From Thecamonas trahens ATCC 50062 (Eukaryota > Protista > Apusomonadida), in contig NW_013657634.1 in the NCBI RefSeq assembly GCF_000142905.1, positions 186,001 through 250,000 on the forward strand: a stretch of DNA of 64,000 bases, in the 5' to 3' direction. How positions within the stretch are numbered: the stretch's first letter is position 1; each line of letters opens with the position of its first letter. Made by a program: the position numbers and the translations under genes. Below are positions 57,041 to 64,000 of this stretch, piece by piece. The notes beneath the pieces were generated by a model. It made no database searches. It saw only the letters and a program-made list of their open reading frames with translations, and was not told where the DNA came from.

Positions 57041-57154
57041 TGGATGAGCATGGGGGCCTGCGCATGCCGACTGGCTCGACTTGACTCCAGCCACGATAAT
57101 AACAACACCAAAACCACACCGAGCCACAGTACACACCACACACAGCGATGCCTT

Positions 57155-60100
57155 TTACTGGCCAAAGAGCGAGAGCGAGATGGCTGCCTTGTTCTTGGCC
57201 TTGCCGCCGCGGCCCTTACGTTTGCCGCGCTTTCCGCTGGAGGTGGCGGCGGCAGCGACTGCTGCGGCTTGCGCGGCGGCCTGCCGCTCGGCCTGGGCGC
57301 GCGCTGCGCCGGCCACTGCTTCGCGGATGGCCGGCATCCGCTCCATCACATCGCGGAACACTTCGGCGTTGGCTCCGCCCATGGCCTGGACCACCGCAAG
57401 CAGCGCGTCGGCAGAGGGGCTTTCCGCCGCCACTTGAAGATAGACCGCCAGGACCGGAAGCGCACCGGCGAGCATCACGCCCTGCGCCGCAGCGTCAAGA
57501 ACCCCGCCGCAGTACAGGGTCTGGCAAAGCGCCGCCACAGGGACCGCCAGCGTGGCCGCGGCTGCAGGACCATCGCTAGTTGGCGCCAGTGCGGTCAGCG
57601 CCACCAGGCCGTGCGGGACCAGGACAAGCGAGCACCCGGCGAGCCGCGCGCCGACCTCGGTACTTGGCCCGACGCTGCATGCGACGGCTGCCAGGCCGGC
57701 TGCAACCTCCAGCGCCCGCCCGCCCGCCGCCAATGCCGCAGCATCGCAGCCAGGAACACACGCCTTCACCCGCGATACCAGCGCAGTCGTCGCAGACCGG
57801 AGCACGCCAGCTTCGGCGTCAGCTACGCCCGCCGCCGCCACCATCAGCGACGGCAGACTGTCGAGCAATACTTGAGCTGGCGCCGACGCAACCACAGCTT
57901 CCAGCACCCTTGCCACCGCGCCATGGCTCTGAAGTGCTTTGACCATTGTCGGCCACGCGCTGGCCAGAGCGGTGGCCACGCCGGGTGATTCCGACGTGTG
58001 AAGCACCCGCACCACCAGCGGCGCCTCGTAGCGGGAGGCAAAGAGCGGTGGCGGCAGCGTTGCGATGAGGTCGGCAACAAGAGCAACCCACGCATCGACC
58101 ATCGACTGGTCTCCGCCCTCGATCTGCGGAAGAATACCGGCAAAGACAAGCTCACAGAGTGAGTCAAGGACCGGCGCGGCGCTGTTCGGCGCGTCGGCAT
58201 CTATCCCTGCCCGTAGCGCAGCCATGTATGCGGGCAGCAAGCGGGTGACAACAAGAGTGAGGCCGGCGTCACCGCACCGCCTCGACACCACCATGGAGTT
58301 GACGCCGACAAGCACGTCGCCGTAGTGCTGAAACTTGGGCAGTGGGCCGAGGCTAAGCACGCTCGCCAGTGCGCGCAGCGCGTAGCAGATGTCGGCAGGC
58401 CTCGACTCACCGTACGCCGAAAAGAGAAAGCCGCCAGCAAGGCCAAGGAGCAGGTCGGCCGAGTCGCGGTCTTCAGGAAGTAGGCTCTCGGCGTCGTCGT
58501 CTTCACGCGAGGCGTGGATGGTGGCCACCACCAGCGAAGCACACGCCCACAGCATCGGCGCGTGCGGGACCGCCAGCGGCGCAAGGCCCGGCAGCGCCCG
58601 GTCCTCCACCGGCGCAGTGTATACCTGCGGCCGGTACTCGGCATGGACCTCATGGGTGAGCGCAAAGCCGAGGACTGGCGTGTCGCGCAGCGCGCCCAGC
58701 CACTGGACGGCGAGCTCGGGCACAAGCGGCTCGAGCACGTCAGCCAGAAGCGGCGACAGCGGCGCCGCCGGCGCCTCGAGCGACTGCACGTGCAGGTCGG
58801 CAAAAACGCGGAGGACTGCCGACTTGAGCAGCGCCACGGCGAGCGACGAGCAGTGCGGATACTGCATCGAGAGCGAGTCGAGCTCGCCCTGCAGCCGCAC
58901 AAGCGGCGCAAGCGTACGCGCCACGTCCTTGGCCACCGGTGCCGCTGCCATGGCCGGCGACGTCAGATACGCCGCCACCACCGGCGCCGCCGCCACCCCA
59001 ACTTCGGCACGTCCGCCCTCCTCTTCAAAGCCCGACCGCAGCGCAGACGCAATCTGCGCCTGCGAGAGCTGCAGCAGGTACATGTCGTCAAACTGGGGAT
59101 CGCGCACGCCGCCGTACACATCGAGCACCACCGCAAGAAGACCGAAGCCTGCAACCTTGAGCTCAGGCAGTTGTGAGGTGCAGAGGGAGAACGCCATGCC
59201 CACCGCGGGCTCTAGCTGCGCCGGCGGCGGCTGCGGCGCTAGCGCAGACACGGCTGCGGCAGCCATGCGCGCTACAGCCGCCACTGTTCTCGCTGCGACG
59301 ACAACAGAGCCCGAGCCGACACCAAGGCCCACTTCGACGCCGTCGCGGCTGACGCCATTCGCGCGCTCACCACCGTCCGAGCCCAGCATAGTCTCGCCGT
59401 CTTCAGCGTCCATGGCACCAGCACCCGCAGCAGCAGCGCTAGCGCGTGACGGCGTGCCGGACTCGACGCGCACAAGCTGCGGCAGGGCGACTACGGCCTC
59501 GCCCTGGGTAGCGGTGCGGAGGAAGGCGAGCAGCGCCGGCGCGTTATCGGGACTAAGAACTGCTTCCAACAGCGCCGGCGACGGTCCGGCTTGCACTGTA
59601 TGCAGTTGGGAAGCGAGGATCACGCTGGCGACAAGGTGCGATGCAGCGTCGACACTGTCGCTGCCAAGCAGATCGCCCCCCAGCCGCTGCAGCGCCTGCT
59701 CGAGTGTCGAGAGTGCGTCGGGTCCAAGGCTCGAGCCTCGTGCCACAATGGGAGCTGCGCCACCTACTGCCATGCCGCCTACAAGGGCGGCACGGAGCTC
59801 GGGTGCCGGCACCGCCCGCGGCGCCATGATGACCACCTGCAGCGCGCCTTTGATCAGCGGGCGCCATGCAGAGGCCAGCCGACTGGCGGCACCGTCGAGG
59901 ACGAGGCGGAGTGCTGGCAGAGCGGCGGTGTCGAGCAGCGCTGGGGCTGCTGACGGTGCGCCCGGCATGGCACATGCGTGGTCGGGAATCGGCAGCCCGC
60001 CGACGACCCGGGCTGCGAACGACGCCGGCAAGCTCGCATAGGCCACAACCCGAAGCAGGGTCCACGCATCGGCAGCAAAGGCAGTCTCTATGCCCAGCTC

Positions 60101-63100
60101 CGGGCCAAGGACCTCGGTGGCCGACGCGACGACGCCGGCGAGCGACACCGCAGCGCACGGCCGGAGCGACGCGCGGGTGCAAAGCACGGCGCCGACGGCG
60201 GGTAGAAGCGTGTCAAGCGCCGAGTGGAGCGCAACCGAGCCGTTGGCGGCGACCAGCTCGAGACTGGCGGCAGCCCACGAGTGCAGGTGGGTCGAGCCGG
60301 CTTGCGCTGCGGCCAGCAGTAACCGAAGGCTCGGCCCAACTAGCGGTGCCGCCTGCAGCGAGCCAAGCGCCACGTGATGGTAGCCGAGCGCAAGGGCACA
60401 GCCGGCGGCATGGACCGAGTTTCCTTCGCGCAGCGCGGCTTCGAGGCTCTCCAGCACGCTGCGAGCAAGGGCATCGCTCGAGGCCTCGGGCGCAACAGCA
60501 GCGAGCAGGCCGAGAGCGGCGGCGGCGAGCTGGCGGACCAGCGGGACTGGGCTCTTCAGTAGCGGCAGCAGGGTGGATCTCAGCGCGGCGCCGACCTTGC
60601 CGGCGCCGGTCTTGAGCGCGGGCGAGGAGAGGCCGGCGATGAGCGCGGCGAGCAGAGCGGCGACCACGTTGGCCTGCAGCGCCACAAACTGCGCGTGTCC
60701 TGAGGCCGAGAGGTAGCCTGCGTCGTCACCGTCACTTGTCGAGGTACCCGACGCGAGCGTCGACGCGATGTTGGAGACGAAAGCGCGAGTTCGCGACTTG
60801 CCGCGCCCACTGGCGGCCTTTTCGGCGGCGGCGGCTGCAGACGCGGTTGCCTGTCCCAGCGCCGAGCCAAAGTGGTTGACGAGCTGCAGCTTGTTGCCGG
60901 ACTTCTGCAAGCCAAAAAGGACACCAAAGAGGGCGACGGCGGAAGTGAGCTGGACCTGCCGGTCGGTGGCGGTGTAGGCGACAAGGACGCGGGAGACCGG
61001 ACAAGATCCACAGGCGGCCACAAGCCGGGCCGGGCTGAGGATAGAGTCAAGGAGGTCGTACGAGGCGTACGGACCGAGAGCGGCGGCAAATGGCGAGAGC
61101 CGTGTGCAGCCTGGCAGAAGCGCCGAGCCGCCGAGGACCGGCGCGGCGGCGCCGCCGTCGATGGCAGCGAGCATTTCCGGCAGCGCGGACGTGACGACGG
61201 CCGACGTCGGGAGCGATCCGACAACCGACGCTGCGTGGGTGAGGAGCGGGACAAAGAGCGGCTTGAGCCGCTTGGCTGGAAGCTGGGCCGCAAGGCTAAG
61301 ATGTGAGCCCGAGAGCAGCGATGAGGTAGTCGAAGCGTTTGCAGCAAGCGCCGAGGCGCCGGTCACCAGATCGACAGCCAGGTCCACCGCTGCCGCCGGC
61401 GCGGCTGGCGAGGCGAGAACTGCTTGTGTGGCAAAGCAAGCGAGGGCGACGCAGGTGACGGCCTGTGGCGAGGCAGATTCAGGCCGCAGCGACGACAGGT
61501 AGCGAAGCGCAGGCACGGCCTTGTCCCACATCGAAGCCGCAAGGCGCGGAGCGGCGGTGGCGAGGCCGGCGAGAAGGAGAAGCCCGGCCTGGCAGAGAAG
61601 GTCTGCGCCAGGCTGACTCGCGGTTGTCGACGCCGTGTACGGCGAGAGTAGCGCAAGAGTAACCGAGGCGCCCAGCTCGAGCTCTGGGACGGGCAGCGAT
61701 GTCTGCGGCGGGTAAGCGACCGACCAGGCGAGGATGGCGTGCGCGGCGGTGGCCGAGCCAAGGAGCTTGCAGCAGAGAGTCCGCAGCGCAGCGGCCTCAC
61801 CACCAGAAAAACCGAGAGCTGCGCGTGGGCCTGCTGCAGGCTCTGGACTTGGCTCGCAAAGAGAGTCGACGAGAGCGGGAGGGCGGAGCAGGCAGTTGCG
61901 GCGCGGGCGAGGGCAACCGCTGCGGTCGATCGGAGGTGCAGATTGGAGGCGGCAAGGAAGCGGTCGGCCGCGAGCGTGTCTGTGGCGCGTGTGGCAAGTG
62001 CCGGCGGCATGTTGTCCGACACCGCGTACGCGTCCAGGGCAGCGACAACGACGTCGAGCACGAGCGCGGTGGTGAGCGGAAGCGCAAGCAGCGGGTGGCT
62101 GCCATCATCGAGGATGTCGAGGAGCGTAGCAAAGAGCGCGTCGAGCGGCTGGAGACGGAGGACCAGCGGCTGGACAAAGCCGAGAGCGAGCGCGGGGCTG
62201 AGGATGCTGACGGCTGCGGCGGCGTGATGCGGCGGCGCCGAGGCACCCACCAGTGCCTTGAGCCACGACGCAGCGGCGCGGAGAAAGGGAGCAAAGGCGA
62301 CCGCGCGAGCCGGGACCGAGAGGCGACCAGCCAGTGCGGCGAGCGTGGCAGCACAGACGGAGCGACCGACGGCCGAGCCCTTGACAAAGACAGAGGCCAG
62401 CGGCGAGAGGACCGACGCCAGTGCTGCTGCTGCGGCCTCGAGTGGCAGCGCCAGCAGAGCAGCCGGCAATGAGCCGGCAGCGTCGTTCGGTAGCGCGGCC
62501 TGATCGGCGTTGGGGGCGAGCGAGACGGCGGCGGCCGGGAATGCGACCGTCCGCGCGTACAGATCGAGCATGGCAGCAGTGGCGGCGGCAAGCGAGGTGA
62601 TGGCGTCGTCGGTCTCTTCGAGCAAGGCCTCAACCGGCATCAGGCCGGCCACCATCTTGAGCAGGGCCTGGAAGGCTGGCTCGAGGTCCTTGAACCCACT
62701 CGGCCCGGCGGTAGCGAGGCTCAGCACGAGGTGGCCGAGCGCGGCGTGCATCTGCGGCGAGGAGATCTTGAGAGCAAAGAGGGCCTTGAGCGGCTTGGCC
62801 ACTTCCGATGAGGCAGCCGAGGGGCCGCGCGAGCCGGCAGCAGTCAGAGCAGCCGCGAGAGCGGTGACGACCTTGACACGGGTGGTGAGCGGGGTGGCGG
62901 TAGCGCGAGCGAGCTTGAGCAGCCGCGAGATGAGATCAGGAAGCACAGGCGTAGCAAAGGCAGCGAGAGCACAAAGGAGCAGAGCCAGCGAGTCCAGAGC
63001 AGCGTTGGCACCTTCGATGGCAGGCTTGTCGGCCAGCTTGGCCTTGACAGGCGTCATGAGCGATTGGAGCAAGTCCGCCAGGGCAGCAAGCGAGCCCTTT

Positions 63101-63366
63101 TCCAGCGAAGCCGCCATGACAGCCACGGCAGCCTCTCGTGCCATAGGCGAGAGCGAGGGCGCAGTGAGCAAAGGAAGGACAACCGAGTCGACCGAGTCCT
63201 GCACAGCTCTGTAAGCCTCCGATGACATGTCGGGAATGACCGTGTGGGCGAGGCTGACCAGGGCGGCCAGTCCAGCCGGACAGAGACAGGGGGCGCCGGG
63301 AGTGTTGGCGGCAGTGGTGGTGGCCGACTGGAGGACATGTACGCACCTCTCCACACTGTTGGCCAT
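57155..63366 (-). CDS. HEATR5: HEAT repeat-containing protein 5 / Laa1-like AP-1 accessory factor; -1 frame break at ~61809
   Basis: AVALFGVLF, AGCALALGYHHVALGSL, LHSWAAASL, VLGPEL, DPQFDDMYLLQLSQAQIASALR, WLGALRD, QAGLLLLAGL. Two ORFs are joined by a one-base shift at TCG GTT TTT/TCT GGT. Confidence 0.82.
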
Positions 63367-63570
63367 GGTGGTTGGTGGTGGTGGTTGGTGGTTGGTGGTG
63401 GTGGTGGTGGTGGTTGGTGGTTGGTGGTGGTGGTGGTGGTGGTGGGGGTGAAGTGGTGGAGGGGAGTGAGTGCCACGTCGGTCGGCTGGCGGGTGGGCTG
63501 GTGGAGGGGGATGATGGGGATGGTGGAGGGGGATGATGGGGATGGTGGAGGGGGATGATGGGGATGGTGG
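63367..63570. repeat. (GGT)n and (GGATGGTGGAGGGGGATGATGG)n low-complexity leader upstream of HEATR5
   Basis: Seen directly; reads as (CCA)n on the transcribed strand. Confidence 0.85.
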
Positions 63571-63659
63571 TGTGAGCCCATGTTGGGTGACGACAACAAC
63601 TTGAGACCACAGACAGTCCCTCCCCACTCGACACGCGCCACACACTCCACTCCACTTGA

Positions 63660-63725
63660 CAGAGGGTCAGACGGAGGGTCAGACGGAGGGTCAGACAGAG
63701 GGTCAGACAGAGGGTCAGACAGAGG
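63660..63725. repeat. 12-bp tandem repeat (GAGGGTCAGACA/G) x5
   Basis: Seen directly, just upstream of ATG 63738. Confidence 0.9.
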
Positions 63726-63737
63726 CCTGTGACGGAC

Positions 63738-64000
63738 ATGTATTCGAGGGGAAAGAGAAGCAAGGGGGGAGGTGGTGGCGGTGGCCGCGGGTCGAGCAGG
63801 GGACGGCCGGGCGGGTCGAGCAGGGGACGGCCGGGCGGGTCGAGCAGGGGACGGCCAACGCAGCGTGGACAAGGAAGAGGCGGATCAAGAGGTCGACCGA
63901 GAAGGGCTGCAGTAGGCACGGCAGGAGAGGGTGCAAGGGCGAGTGCCGCGCCGGCGGGATCGACCGCGAGAGGGCATGCAGTTGTCGGGCCGGACGCTGC
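63738..64000 (+). CDS. 5' part of an RG/G-rich protein, truncated by the window end
   Basis: Manual reading MYSRGKRSKGGGGGGGRGSSRGRPGGSSRGRPGGSSRGRPTQRGQGRGG... stays open to 64000; contains an in-frame 24-bp repeat; divergent from HEATR5. Confidence 0.55.
   Translation, partial: MYSRGKRSKGGGGGGGRGSSRGRPGGSSRGRPGGSSRGRPTQRGQGRGGSRGRPRRAAVGTAGEGARASAAPAGSTARGHAVVGPDA

Noticed and set aside
58389-60041. Long plus-strand S/A-rich ORFs (also 25..1125, 41259..42257, 46692..47867 and others)
   Set aside because: Shadows of real genes on the opposite strand.
61703-61800. 98-nt intron (GTGAGG..CGCAG) as the explanation of the HEATR5 frame break
   Set aside because: The skipped segment is open in the downstream frame and resembles HEATR5 sequence (GSATAAHAILAW..P..LPVP). 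A single missing base fits better, although a 35-nt intron ending in AAG is not excluded.

Overview
Gene-dense, GC-rich, intron-poor eukaryotic (protist) nuclear DNA. The style resembles the apusomonad Thecamonas trahens, but this is inference and was not verified. About 23 protein-coding loci, two truncated by the window edges. In order: tandem AAA+ ATPase, MMS22/Mus7-like protein, an 11-TM Cys-repeat RBR E3 ligase, mitochondrial uL6, an apparent DUG3-DUG2 fusion, a PP2A-B56/PDK1-like kinase fusion, BRCT-archaemetzincin, REV3, ERI-family exonuclease, membrane-anchored bacterial-type PI-PLC, PP6 catalytic subunit, FUT8-like glycosyltransferase, APC permease, M14 carboxypeptidase, tetraspanin, RMDN, ATG11-like protein, paxillin-like LIM protein, an LD-like-repeat coiled-coil protein, DUF4062-NTPase-TPR protein, ArfGAP-SAM-PH-PH protein, LEA-like peptide, HEATR5 and an RG-rich partial ORF. 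Seven introns were reconstructed by hand. All lie within about 105 nt of the start codon, most have GTACG donors, and all contain low-complexity or poly-C/poly-G tracts. At least five coding regions show a -1 frame break next to short homopolymers, most simply explained as base under-calls. No rRNA, tRNA, CRISPR or mobile element was recognised. All family assignments come from motif recognition by eye, not database searches.
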